Positions 10,114 to 18,426 of a DNA stretch of 64,000 nucleotides are shown piece after piece. Source of the DNA: Candidatus Aphodoplasma sp. GTDB lineage: Bacteria; Bacillota; Clostridia; UBA1381; UMGS1253. The notes under the pieces are model-generated. The model had not been told where the DNA came from. It did not search any database and saw only the letters and a program-made list of their open reading frames with translations. The stretch covers positions 11,087 to 75,086 of the forward strand of contig JAZUQZ010000031.1 of assembly GCA_045626925.1 (NCBI GenBank), in the 5' to 3' direction. How positions within the stretch are numbered: position 1 is the stretch's first letter; each line of letters starts with the position of its first letter. The position numbers were made by a program, and so were the translations under genes.

Positions 10114-10206
10114 GCATTTATCAAAATTTTGTAAATAAAATTTGTAAATATCCCAAATTAGTGATATACTGTTAATATATCTTTATTTTTTTAGGAGGAA
10201 TTTTAT

Positions 10207-11619
10207 ATGAACAACAAAGAGCTTTTTGAAAAGCTATCATATTCACCAAAGCATATAAATGATGTGCTTACAGACGAAATAAAGGACGCGGCGTATGACT
10301 ATTGTGAAGGGTATAAGGCCTTTCTTTCAAACGCAAAGACAGAGCGCGAGGCCGTTATTGAAGCCGAAAAAATTGCAAAAGAAAATGGTTTTGTTCCCCT
10401 TTTGGAAAAAGATACTCTAAAAAGTGGCGACAAAGTTTATATGATAAACAACAAAAAGGCAATCGTTTGTATAGTTGTCGGCACAAACGATATTTTAGAT
10501 GGCGTAAACCTTGTGGGCGCACACCTTGACTCGCCACGACTTGACCTAAAATCTCGCCCACTTTTTGAGGATGAAAATATGGCGTGGTTTAAGACGCAAT
10601 ATTATGGCGGAATCAAAAAATACCAATGGCTTGCACTTCCGCTTGCAATGCATGGCACGATTTGCAAAGCCGACGGCACAAGCGTTGATATTTGTATCGG
10701 CGAAGACGATTGTGACCCGGTATTTACAATTACGGACCTTTTGCCACACCTTGCCCAAGACCAGATGCAAAAGCAACTTATGAAGGCTTTTGATGCGGAC
10801 AATTTCCACATTTTGCTCGGTTCTTTGGCAAAAGGCGATGACGAAATAAAGGAAAAAATAAAGTTTAATGTTCTTGCCCTTTTATACGAAAAATACGGCA
10901 TCGTTGAAGAAGATTTTACAAGCGCAGAAATCGAGCTTGTTCCATCGGGCAAGGCGCGCGATGTAGGCTTTGACCGAAGTTTTGTCGGCTCATATGCCCA
11001 GGACGACCGCGTTTGTGGCTATGCTTCACTTATGGCGCTTATTGATGCTTGCAAAACAAAAACACCTAAAAGAAGTGCTGTTTGTATGCTTGTTGATAAA
11101 GAGGAAATCGGCTCTATGGGACAAACAGGTATGAAATCGCGCTTTTTCGAGCTTGTGCTCGGCGACATTATAACAAAGCTCAAGGGCAGCTGTGATGCGT
11201 ATGTACTAAACCGCACATTAGCATCAAGTGACTGTCTTTCTGCCGATGTAGGCGCTGCATATGACCCACAATATCCCTCTGTTTATGATAAAAAGAACGC
11301 CGCTTTTGCGGGGTGTGGCATTTTGATATCAAAATACACAGGTGGCAGAGGAAAAAGCGACTCAAGCGATGCAAATGCAGAGTTTGTAGCTCGCATACGC
11401 AAAATATTTAATGAAAACAATGTTTTGTGGCAGAACGGCGAGCTTGGAAAAGTTGATGTCGGCGGCGGCGGCACAATTGCGCAATATGTTGCAAACCTTG
11501 GTCTGAATGTGCTTGACTGTGGCACACCAATTTTGAGCATGCATGCACCGTTTGAAATTTCGAGCAAATTTGATTGTTATATGACATACAAGGGTTATCG
11601 CGCTTTCTATGAAGCATAA
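10207..11619 (+). CDS. M18-family aminopeptidase
   Basis: 470-aa translation with VGAHLDSPRLDLK and the C-terminal metal-ligand region typical of M18 aminopeptidases; good RBS (taggagga). Confidence 0.8.
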   Translation: MNNKELFEKLSYSPKHINDVLTDEIKDAAYDYCEGYKAFLSNAKTEREAVIEAEKIAKENGFVPLLEKDTLKSGDKVYMINNKKAIVCIVVGTNDILDGVNLVGAHLDSPRLDLKSRPLFEDENMAWFKTQYYGGIKKYQWLALPLAMHGTICKADGTSVDICIGEDDCDPVFTITDLLPHLAQDQMQKQLMKAFDADNFHILLGSLAKGDDEIKEKIKFNVLALLYEKYGIVEEDFTSAEIELVPSGKARDVGFDRSFVGSYAQDDRVCGYASLMALIDACKTKTPKRSAVCMLVDKEEIGSMGQTGMKSRFFELVLGDIITKLKGSCDAYVLNRTLASSDCLSADVGAAYDPQYPSVYDKKNAAFAGCGILISKYTGGRGKSDSSDANAEFVARIRKIFNENNVLWQNGELGKVDVGGGGTIAQYVANLGLNVLDCGTPILSMHAPFEISSKFDCYMTYKGYRAFYEA

Positions 11620-11631
11620 AACGACTTTTAG

Positions 11632-11668
11632 AGCGGCATTTTATAAAAAATGCCGCTTCTGATTTTTA
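11632..11668 (+). terminator. Rho-independent terminator
   Basis: agcggca ... tgccgct stem followed by a T-rich tract. Confidence 0.65.
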
Positions 11669-11763
11669 ATATTTAATTTTACTGTTTACTTTTTAGCCTT
11701 AAATTGTTACAATATATAAAGAAAGTAAAATATAAACAATAATTACATCAGGAGGATATAAAT

Positions 11764-12636
11764 ATGAAAGTAAGAAAAGCAGTCATCCCCGCGGCAGGAC
11801 TTGGTACAAGGTTTTTGCCCGCAACAAAAGCAACACCAAAGGAAATGCTTCCGATTGTTGATACGCCTACTATACAGTATATAATAGAAGAGGCTGTAAA
11901 TAGCGGTATAGAAGATATTCTAATCGTAACAGGTCGTACAAAGCGTTGTATCGAGGACCATTTTGACAAGGCATACGAGCTTGAAACAGAGCTTGAAAAA
12001 AGTGGTAAGACAGACTTTTTAAAGGTTGTGCAGGACATATCAAACATGGCAAATATATGCTATGTTCGCCAGCAGGAAGCAAAAGGTCTTGGACACGCAA
12101 TTTATTGCGCAAAAACATTTGTAGGTGACGAACCATTTGCCGTTCTTCTTGGCGATGATGTTGTAGCAGCAGAAAAACCTTGTCTTAAACAGCTTGTTGA
12201 AATGTATGATAAATACCAGGCAACAATTCTTGGTGTTCAAACTGTTTCGCCCGATGATATTTCAAAATACGGCGCAGTAGCAGCAACGCCGGTGGGCGAA
12301 CGCATACACAAGGTTTCGGGCTTGGTTGAAAAACCTAAAAAAGAGGAAGCACCGTCAAATATGGCAATTTTGGGGCGCTATATTATTACTCCAAAGATAT
12401 TTGATTGTATTGAAAATACGGGCAAAGGTGCCGGCGGAGAAATTCAGCTTACGGACGCTTTGCGTCTTTTGAGCACATTTGAGGATATGTATGCATACGA
12501 TTTTGTAGGCCGTCGCTATGATGTTGGTAACAGAATGGGCTTTTTAGAAGCAACGGTCGAGTTTGCTCTATCACGCGATGATTTAAAGGACGAATTTATG
12601 AGCTATTTAAAAAATATTGTCAAGAATAATGCGTAA
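11764..12636 (+). CDS. galU: UTP-glucose-1-phosphate uridylyltransferase
   Basis: KAVIPAAGLGTRFLPATKATPKEMLPIVD signature at the N-terminus; 290 aa. Confidence 0.93.
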   Translation: MKVRKAVIPAAGLGTRFLPATKATPKEMLPIVDTPTIQYIIEEAVNSGIEDILIVTGRTKRCIEDHFDKAYELETELEKSGKTDFLKVVQDISNMANICYVRQQEAKGLGHAIYCAKTFVGDEPFAVLLGDDVVAAEKPCLKQLVEMYDKYQATILGVQTVSPDDISKYGAVAATPVGERIHKVSGLVEKPKKEEAPSNMAILGRYIITPKIFDCIENTGKGAGGEIQLTDALRLLSTFEDMYAYDFVGRRYDVGNRMGFLEATVEFALSRDDLKDEFMSYLKNIVKNNA

Positions 12637-12654
12637 TATCCGGAGGAACAATAA

Positions 12655-13536
12655 ATGGCAGACACTATTTTAAGAGGCGTCAGTAACGACGGAAAAATAA
12701 GAATATTTGCTTCAAACACGACCGAGCTTGTAGGCCGTGCCCAAAAAATTCATAACAGCTACCCCATTGCAACGGCGGCGCTTGGCAGACTTTTGACCGC
12801 TGCAAGTATGATGGGAAGTATGCTAAAGGGCGAAAACGACACAATAACGCTTCGTATAAAGGGCGACGGCCCTCTTGGTGGCGTGCTTGCCGTCGGAAAT
12901 TCCAAGGGCGAAGTAAAGGGCTATAGTATAAACCCCGGTGTTGTCTTGCCGGACAAAATCCCCGGCAAGCTTAATGTAGGCGGCGCAGTAGGCAAGGGCA
13001 TGCTTGCCGTTATATGCGACCTTGGTCTAAAAGAACCGCATGTCGCACAGATAGAGCTTGTTTCGGGCGAAATTGCAGAGGATTTGACGGCATATTATGC
13101 CATATCAGAACAAATCCCAACCGCTATTGCGCTTGGAGTGCTTGTTGATACGGATGGTTCTGTTATAAGGGCAGGCGGCTTTATATTGCAGCTTATGCCG
13201 GATGCCACCGACGAAGACGCCGCAATCCTTGAAAAAACGATTGCCTCGCTTCCGCCTATAACGACAATGCTTGATGAAAATATGTCCTGCGAGGATATAA
13301 TTTTCAAAGTTACCGAGGGTTTTGATATGCTCATTTATAATGATGCGGTTTTGCCGAAATATAAGTGCGATTGTAATCGCGAGCGCGTTGAGCGTGCGCT
13401 TGTAAGCATGGGCGCAGACGAGATGCAAAAGCTTATCGACGAACAAGGCAGCGCAAATTTGACATGTCAATTCTGCGATAATGTATACGATTTTTCCAAA
13501 GACGAGTTGTTTAAGCTTCTAAAGTCATGTAAATAA
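12655..13536 (+). CDS. hslO: Redox-regulated chaperone Hsp33
   Basis: Full-length Hsp33-like translation with the C-terminal zinc centre CDC...CQFC. Confidence 0.9.
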   Translation: MADTILRGVSNDGKIRIFASNTTELVGRAQKIHNSYPIATAALGRLLTAASMMGSMLKGENDTITLRIKGDGPLGGVLAVGNSKGEVKGYSINPGVVLPDKIPGKLNVGGAVGKGMLAVICDLGLKEPHVAQIELVSGEIAEDLTAYYAISEQIPTAIALGVLVDTDGSVIRAGGFILQLMPDATDEDAAILEKTIASLPPITTMLDENMSCEDIIFKVTEGFDMLIYNDAVLPKYKCDCNRERVERALVSMGADEMQKLIDEQGSANLTCQFCDNVYDFSKDELFKLLKSCK

Positions 13537-13659
13537 ATATGGTTTTGTTGAAATTTTGCGAAATGTATTAAAAAAGTTAGTAAAACAACGAAAAAATGTT
13601 ATATTTTTATATTTTCCAAAAAAACAACCTATTTTAGGCTTTTTTGGCAAAATATTCAC

Positions 13660-13688
13660 TTGACATCTTGCATCGTTTTCTGTATAAT
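13660..13688 (+). promoter_or_regulatory. Consensus sigma-A promoter of the tRNA cluster
   Basis: TTGACA (13660-13665), 17 nt, TATAAT (13683-13688), with an AT-rich UP-like region upstream. Confidence 0.8.
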
Positions 13689-13732
13689 AGTCTATGTCGC
13701 TCGCGAGGGAGCACCTTTCGAGTGACATTTGT

Positions 13733-13808
13733 GGGAGTTTAGCTCAGCTGGGAGAGCATCTGCCTTACAAGCAGAGGGTCACAGGTTCGAGCCCTGTAAC
13801 TCCCACCA
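13733..13808 (+). tRNA. tRNA-Val (TAC)
   Basis: Cloverleaf with acceptor GGGAGTT/AACTCCC, anticodon loop cTTACAa, encoded CCA. Confidence 0.9.
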
Positions 13809-13812
13809 ATTT

Positions 13813-13889
13813 GGCCCGGTAGTTCAGTTGGTTAGAACGCCAGCCTGTCACGCTGGAGGTCGAGGGTTCGAGCCCCTTCCGGGTCGCCA
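13813..13889 (+). tRNA. tRNA-Asp (GTC)
   Basis: Acceptor GGCCCGG/CCGGGTC, anticodon stem-loop ccagc CTGTCAC gctgg, encoded CCA. Confidence 0.9.
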
Positions 13890-13936
13890 TCTTTTTTTAT
13901 AAAAGAATTGTGCGTTTGGTGTTTTGTGACACAAAT

Positions 13937-14012
13937 GCCTCTGTAGCTCAGTCGGTAGAGCAGGGGACTGAAAATCCCCGTGTCGGTGGTTCGATTCCGC
14001 CCGGAGGCACCA
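13937..14012 (+). tRNA. tRNA-Phe (GAA)
   Basis: Anticodon stem-loop gggga CTGAAAA tcccc, T-arm GGTTCGATTCC, encoded CCA. Confidence 0.9.
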
Positions 14013-14017
14013 TTTAT

Positions 14018-14092
14018 GCGGGAGTGGCTCAGTGGTAGAGCGTCACCTTGCCAAGGTGAACGTCGCGAGTTCGAATCTCGTCTTCCGCTCCA
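14018..14092 (+). tRNA. tRNA-Gly (GCC)
   Basis: Anticodon stem-loop tcacc TTGCCAA ggtga, encoded CCA. Confidence 0.9.
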
Positions 14093-14101
14093 TCTAAAAA
14101 T

Positions 14102-14138
14102 AAAAGGCGCATATACTAAAATTTGCGCCTTTTATTTT
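14102..14138 (+). terminator. Terminator after the first tRNA group
   Basis: aaggcgca ... tgcgcctt stem plus T-run. Confidence 0.7.
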
Positions 14139-14191
14139 AAAAGTTAATCATTTTTGTGTTTGCTGCATATAATATTAAAGCGGCTAATCAT

Positions 14192-14265
14192 GGTACCATA
14201 GCCAAGTGGTAAGGCAGAGGTCTGCAACACCTTCATCCCCGGTTCAAATCCGGGTGGTGCCTCCA
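14192..14265 (+). tRNA. tRNA-Cys (GCA)
   Basis: Acceptor GGTACCA/TGGTGCC, anticodon loop CTGCAAC, encoded CCA. Confidence 0.85.
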
Positions 14266-14269
14266 ATAT

Positions 14270-14344
14270 GGCCCGTTGGTCAAGCGGTTAAGACACCGCC
14301 CTTTCACGGCGGTAACACGAGTTCGATTCTCGTACGGGTCACCA
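14270..14344 (+). tRNA. tRNA-Glu (TTC)
   Basis: Anticodon stem-loop ccgcc CTTTCAC ggcgg, encoded CCA. Confidence 0.9.
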
Positions 14345-14389
14345 TACTTTTAGGTTGCTGTCGGCATTGACTGACAGCATCAACCTTTT

Positions 14390-14466
14390 GGGCCTTTAGC
14401 TCAGTTGGTTAGAGCAACCGGCTCATAACCGGTTGGTCCGGGGTTCGAGTCCCTGAAGGCCCACCA
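14390..14466 (+). tRNA. tRNA with CAT anticodon: elongator Met or lysidine-dependent Ile2, not initiator
   Basis: Acceptor GGGCCTT/AAGGCCC with a paired 1-72 position, anticodon loop CTCATAA, D-arm TAGCTCAGTTGGTTAGAGC. Met versus Ile2 cannot be decided by eye. Confidence 0.85.
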
Positions 14467-14467
14467 G

Positions 14468-14512
14468 AAAAAGCGAATGATTTAGATGATATCTAAATTG
14501 TTCGCTTTTTTC
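14468..14512 (+). terminator. Terminator of the tRNA cluster
   Basis: aaagcgaa ... ttcgcttt stem with an internal small hairpin, then a T-run. Confidence 0.75.
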
Positions 14513-14526
14513 AATGGTTTGAGATT

Positions 14527-14550
14527 TGTTTCAAAATCAGTTTTGAAACA
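14527..14550. repeat. Perfect 24-bp palindrome TGTTTCAAAA-TCAG-TTTTGAAACA
   Basis: 10-bp arms are exact reverse complements. A partial third copy (ggTTTTGAAtCAGa) lies about 25 bp downstream. No flanking T-run. Confidence 0.9.
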
Positions 14551-14597
14551 AAAGGGCAGATACCAAGTGGTTTTGAATCAGACTTGAACTAGATACA

Positions 14598-14640
14598 ATA
14601 AAATAGCACCTGATTTATAAAAATAATCAGGTGCTATTCT
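14598..14640 (-). terminator. Terminator of the XRE gene
   Basis: atagcacctgatt ... aatcaggtgctat 13-bp stem starting at the stop codon, with a T-run on the minus strand. Confidence 0.75.
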
Positions 14641-14846
14641 TTTTCAAATTTAATTATATCACTTACTTCACATTCAAGAACATAGCAAAGCGCATCAAGT
14701 GTTTTTGTGGTTATTGCTTCACCTTTTTTTATACGATGGAGTGTGTTTGCAGAAAAACCCTGCTTAAAAATTAAATGGTATTCTGTTAATCCCTTTTTAA
14801 ATAAAGTATTATAAAAAGGCTTATAACTAATCATTTTCATCACCAA
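14634..14846 (-). CDS. Small XRE-family helix-turn-helix transcriptional regulator
   Basis: About 66-70 aa. The HTH core (LTEYHLIFKQGFSANTLHRIKKGEAITTKTLDALCYVLECEVSDII) is typical of single-domain Cro/C1-type regulators. The true start may be the Met at 14834. Confidence 0.8.
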   Translation of the reverse strand: MVMKMISYKPFYNTLFKKGLTEYHLIFKQGFSANTLHRIKKGEAITTKTLDALCYVLECEVSDIIKFEKE

Positions 14847-14870
14847 ATTAATTTTATCATACTTAAAATA

Positions 14871-14899
14871 TTGACAACACTCAATAAATTAAGTATAAT
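14871..14899 (+). promoter_or_regulatory. Consensus sigma-A promoter of the GGDEF gene
   Basis: TTGACA (14871-14876), 17 nt, TATAAT (14894-14899). Confidence 0.75.
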
Positions 14900-14974
14900 T
14901 AATTAAATAATAGCAAGCATTGTGCAGATAAACGATAGCCATATACGGCATAGCAAAAATCCAAGGAGAAAAAA

Positions 14975-15568
14975 ATGACCACATCATTAGTTTTGACAAC
15001 AATTATAATAATATTACTTATAGTTATATTAATGCTTTTAACAATAATATACTCTCTTAACAAAAAAAATAAATATGTTGATGAAGCAAATATGTGGCAC
15101 AAACTTGCTGTTACAGATGATTTAACTGGTATTTATAACAGAAATGCATACAACTTATATGTTGAAGAAAACAAAGCAAATACAAAAAAAGAATCCAGGT
15201 GGATAATTCTTTTTGATGTTGACGATTTTAAAATAATTAACGATACAAAAGGTCATTTGTCAGGAGACCTTGTGCTTAAAAATGTAGCTAAATTGCTTTT
15301 AGAAATTTTTTCTTCATGTCAATATAGAGTTTTTCGCATAGGCGGGGATGAGTTTTTGGTTTTGGCAGAAAATATTTCTGAAGATGAAATAGTTGAGCAT
15401 TTGATTTTGGTAAAAAGGCGTTTTGAGAGGAATGGTGAGATAAATTTATCAAAAGGATATTCATTGATTAAAGATACTCCAGAAAAAGCTTTTAGATATG
15501 CAGATGAGATGCTTTATGCTGATAAATTGTCTAAAAAAAGGCGAAACTGCTCCGCAGAGAACATCTAA
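14975..15568 (+). CDS. Minimal membrane-anchored diguanylate cyclase (single TM + GGDEF domain)
   Basis: N-terminal TM helix, then LTGIYNRNAY ... FDVDDFKIINDTKGHLSGD ... RIGGDEFLVL with an intact GGDEF motif. No RxxD I-site is seen 5 residues upstream. Confidence 0.85.
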   Translation: MTTSLVLTTIIIILLIVILMLLTIIYSLNKKNKYVDEANMWHKLAVTDDLTGIYNRNAYNLYVEENKANTKKESRWIILFDVDDFKIINDTKGHLSGDLVLKNVAKLLLEIFSSCQYRVFRIGGDEFLVLAENISEDEIVEHLILVKRRFERNGEINLSKGYSLIKDTPEKAFRYADEMLYADKLSKKRRNCSAENI

Positions 15569-15726
15569 ATTTTCAAATGGTAGATTTATCAAAGGAGTCA
15601 TCTAAACCACTCGGCTTTTCCACAATTCGCGCTCAAACACTACACCCTGTTTTGACCACATTTTTATGCGTTTTTTAGCAAATTATAGTATAAAATTGTT
15701 TTTTATAAGAATTTTTTAAAAAAGTA

Positions 15727-15755
15727 TTGACAAGAGAAAAACAAAGGTGTATAAT
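15727..15755 (+). promoter_or_regulatory. Consensus sigma-A promoter driving the T-box leader
   Basis: TTGACA (15727-15732), 17 nt, TATAAT (15750-15755). Confidence 0.8.
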
Positions 15756-15782
15756 CAACTCAAATTTGAATATCACAAAGAA

Positions 15783-16041
15783 CGACTGTGACGAGGACGG
15801 TCGGATTGTGAAGCCTGGAGAGAGTTGCCGGTTGGTGCGAGGCAATGGTGAAACCTTCCAATGACTTATCACCTCTGAGTCGAAGGACCGAAAAGTTAAA
15901 CTTAGTAGACTCCTTCCGTAATGCTGCGTAAAGGCAAAGGGCTTGTTAGAGCTCGGTAAGTGACGGATTTGTATTCCGTAATTTGAGTGGTACCGCGGGT
16001 ATATATGCTCGTCTCAAAGTTATCTTTGGGGCGAGTTTTTT
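15783..16041 (+). promoter_or_regulatory. T-box riboswitch leader (tRNA-sensing transcription attenuator); specifier probably AUC (Ile), alternative CUU (Leu)
   Basis: The Stem I base CGAC/GUCG is followed by a K-turn (3-nt bulge UGU, tandem G.A pairs). An AG bulge (GGAGAGAG, 15817-15824) and a distal loop (GGUUGGUGCGA) follow. The specifier-loop 3' side reads GACUUAUCA, with AUC-A abutting the closing CCUC helix. The T-box sequence is AATTTGAGTGGTACCGCGGGT (15980-16000). The terminator stem ctcgtctcaaag/ctttggggcgag precedes TTTTTT. Confidence 0.85.
16008..16041 (+). terminator. Intrinsic terminator of the T-box leader
   Basis: 12-bp stem (16008-16019 / 16024-16035), ttat loop and T6 run. 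Its 5' arm can alternatively pair with the T-box sequence to form the antiterminator. Confidence 0.85.
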
Positions 16042-16100
16042 GTTTTATTCAGATTTGTAACCAATTATCGAATTTGTCAAAAATGAAAGGAGACAAAACA

Positions 16101-18401
16101 ATGGATTACAGTTTGAAAGAAGTAGCAGGCAGAATCAAAGACCTGCGTGAAGCAAAAGGATATACACAAGAGGAACTTGCAAAGCTTTGCGGTGTGTCGA
16201 CAGAAGATTACAAAATTTTAGAGATGGGCGAAACAGATTTCAGCTTCACATTCATCTACAAGTGTGCAAAAGCGTGTGGTGTTGAGGTTGTTGATTTGCT
16301 TGAAGGAACAAGCAGTACCCTTACCTCTTTCACTATCACAAGAAAAGGCGAAGGTCTTAAAATCGTAAAGAAGCATGGTGTGGAATATAATAACCTTGCG
16401 CCAAAGTTCAGAGAAAAACTCGCTGAACCTTTTCTCGTTAAATTTCCGTATCTTGAAGAGGAACAGAACGCTCCGATGCAGTTAAACTCACATAACGGTC
16501 AGGAATTTGATGTTATCGTTAAGGGTTCACTCAAGGTTCAGGTTGGAAATCATGTAGATATACTTCACGAAGGCGACTCTATCTTCTATAACAGCCTTAT
16601 CCCTCACGGAATGGTTGCAGTATCAGAAGGCGGATGCGAATTCCATGCGGTTGTATTAAATCCGCATGAAGGAACAGTTAGTGAAGAATACCCTGAAGCA
16701 CCTATGATCGTTGCAAAGGTGGCTGCTAAAAAGAAAAAATCAGAAACAGTTGCAGATAAATTTATTGAATCATCCTATGATGAAAACGGTGTATTTAGCG
16801 GTATCAAATTCAAGAACGCAGATTCATTCAACTTTGCATTTGACTGTGTGGATGCTATCGCTGAAAATAATCCTGATAAACTTGCTATGATGTGGGTTGC
16901 AAATGATAAGACCGACAGACGCTTTACTTTCAGCGATATGAAAAAGTATTCTGCAAAGACTGCAAACTACTTTGAATCACTCGGCATCAAAAAGGGCGAT
17001 ACAGTAATGCTTGTATTAAAGCGCCATTATCAGTTCTGGTTCTGTATGCTTGCACTTCATAAAATCGGTGCAATCGCAATTCCTGCAACAAATCAGCTTG
17101 TAGAACACGATTTTGATTACAGATACAAAGCGGCAAGAGTAAAAGCAGTTGTATGTACTGCTGATGGAGATGTATCTAACGAGGCAGAAAAGGCAGCAGT
17201 AAACTATCCCGGTATGGTTAAGGTTTTGGTTGGCGGAGAAAAAGAAGGCTGGCACAATTTCAATGTTGAAATGGAACGCTTCAGTACACATTTTGATCGC
17301 ACAGAAAACACTCCTTGCGGTAACGATCCGATGCTGATGCTCTTCACATCAGGAACAACAGGATATCCGAGAATTGCAACACATTCATACAAATATGCTC
17401 TGGGTCATTACCCGACTGCTAAGCATTGGCATAATGTAAACCCTGATGGACTTCACTTTACAATTTCTGATACCGGCTGGGGCAAGGCTCTTTGGGGTAA
17501 ACTTTACGGACAATGGCTCTGTGAAGCAGGCATATTTACTTACGATTTTGACCGTTTCCATTCCGAAGATATTTTGCCGATGTTTGCAAAATACAATATC
17601 ACAACCTTCTGTGCACCGCCCACAATGTATCGTTTCTTCATCAAAGAAGATTTGTCAAAATATGACCTTTCTTCTATCGAGTATGCGACAACCGCAGGCG
17701 AGGCATTAAATCCGGAAGTATTTAATCAATTTAAAAAAGCGACCGGTCTTACAATTATGGAGGGCTTTGGGCAGACAGAAACAACACTTTCCATCGCAAA
17801 CTTTGTTGGTTCTACACCAAGAATCGGCTCTATGGGCAAAGCAAGTCCTCTTTACGATGTTGTTGTTTTGGATCCAGATGGCAACGAATGTAAAATCGGC
17901 GATACGGGCGAAATCTGTATCAGAGTAAAGGACAATGCCCCTTGTGGACTCTTTATCGGATACTATCTTGATGAAGAAAAGACAAACGAAGTATGGCATG
18001 ATGGTTATTATCACACAGGCGATCAGGCAACAATGGACGAAGACGGATACCTTTGGTATGTTGGTCGTATCGACGATGTTATCAAATCATCAGGTTATCG
18101 CATAGGTCCTTTCGAGATTGAAAGTGTTATCATGGAACTTCCTTATGTTCTTGAATGTGCAATCACTCCTGTACCCGACGAAGTGCGTGGCCAGATTGTT
18201 AAGGCAACTATCGTGCTTGTAAAAGGAACACAAGCGACAGACGAGCTCAAAAAAGAAATCCAGGAATATGTTAAAACACATACTGCTCCATATAAATACC
18301 CAAGAATTGTTGAATTTGTGGATGAACTGCCAAAGACAATCAGCGGCAAGGTAAGAAGAGTTGAAATCCGTAAAAACGATATGGAGAAAATGAAAAAATA
18401 A
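16101..18401 (+). CDS. Fusion protein: XRE-type HTH + cupin domain (N-terminal ~190 aa) joined to an AMP-forming medium-chain-type acyl-CoA synthetase
   Basis: Start at 16101 (aaaggaga RBS); the listed start at 15987 runs through the leader terminator. The N-terminus MDYSLKEVAGRIKDLREAKGYTQEELAKLCGVS is an HTH, followed by a cupin barrel (GQEFDVIVKGSLKVQVGNHVDILHEGDSIFYNSLIPHG). The C-terminal ~530 aa carry adenylate-forming motifs: LFTSGTTGYPR, FGQTET, YHTGD, SSGYRIGPFEIES, PKTISGKVRR. Confidence 0.85.
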   Translation: MDYSLKEVAGRIKDLREAKGYTQEELAKLCGVSTEDYKILEMGETDFSFTFIYKCAKACGVEVVDLLEGTSSTLTSFTITRKGEGLKIVKKHGVEYNNLAPKFREKLAEPFLVKFPYLEEEQNAPMQLNSHNGQEFDVIVKGSLKVQVGNHVDILHEGDSIFYNSLIPHGMVAVSEGGCEFHAVVLNPHEGTVSEEYPEAPMIVAKVAAKKKKSETVADKFIESSYDENGVFSGIKFKNADSFNFAFDCVDAIAENNPDKLAMMWVANDKTDRRFTFSDMKKYSAKTANYFESLGIKKGDTVMLVLKRHYQFWFCMLALHKIGAIAIPATNQLVEHDFDYRYKAARVKAVVCTADGDVSNEAEKAAVNYPGMVKVLVGGEKEGWHNFNVEMERFSTHFDRTENTPCGNDPMLMLFTSGTTGYPRIATHSYKYALGHYPTAKHWHNVNPDGLHFTISDTGWGKALWGKLYGQWLCEAGIFTYDFDRFHSEDILPMFAKYNITTFCAPPTMYRFFIKEDLSKYDLSSIEYATTAGEALNPEVFNQFKKATGLTIMEGFGQTETTLSIANFVGSTPRIGSMGKASPLYDVVVLDPDGNECKIGDTGEICIRVKDNAPCGLFIGYYLDEEKTNEVWHDGYYHTGDQATMDEDGYLWYVGRIDDVIKSSGYRIGPFEIESVIMELPYVLECAITPVPDEVRGQIVKATIVLVKGTQATDELKKEIQEYVKTHTAPYKYPRIVEFVDELPKTISGKVRRVEIRKNDMEKMKK

Positions 18402-18426
18402 TCATTCAAAGCATATAAACAAGGCG

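Noticed and set aside
14343-14390. Imperfect hairpin (ggttgctgtc...gacagcatcaacc) between tRNA-Glu and the CAT tRNA as an ncRNA
   Set aside because: It is short, has no T-run, and lies inside a polycistronic tRNA precursor. It is most simply a processing spacer.
15987-16100. Listed 804-aa ORF start (MVPRVYMLVSKLSLGRVF...) for the acyl-CoA synthetase fusion
   Set aside because: This extension runs through the T-box sequence and the leader terminator and has no RBS. ATG at 16101 has an AAAGGAGA RBS and starts exactly at the HTH domain.
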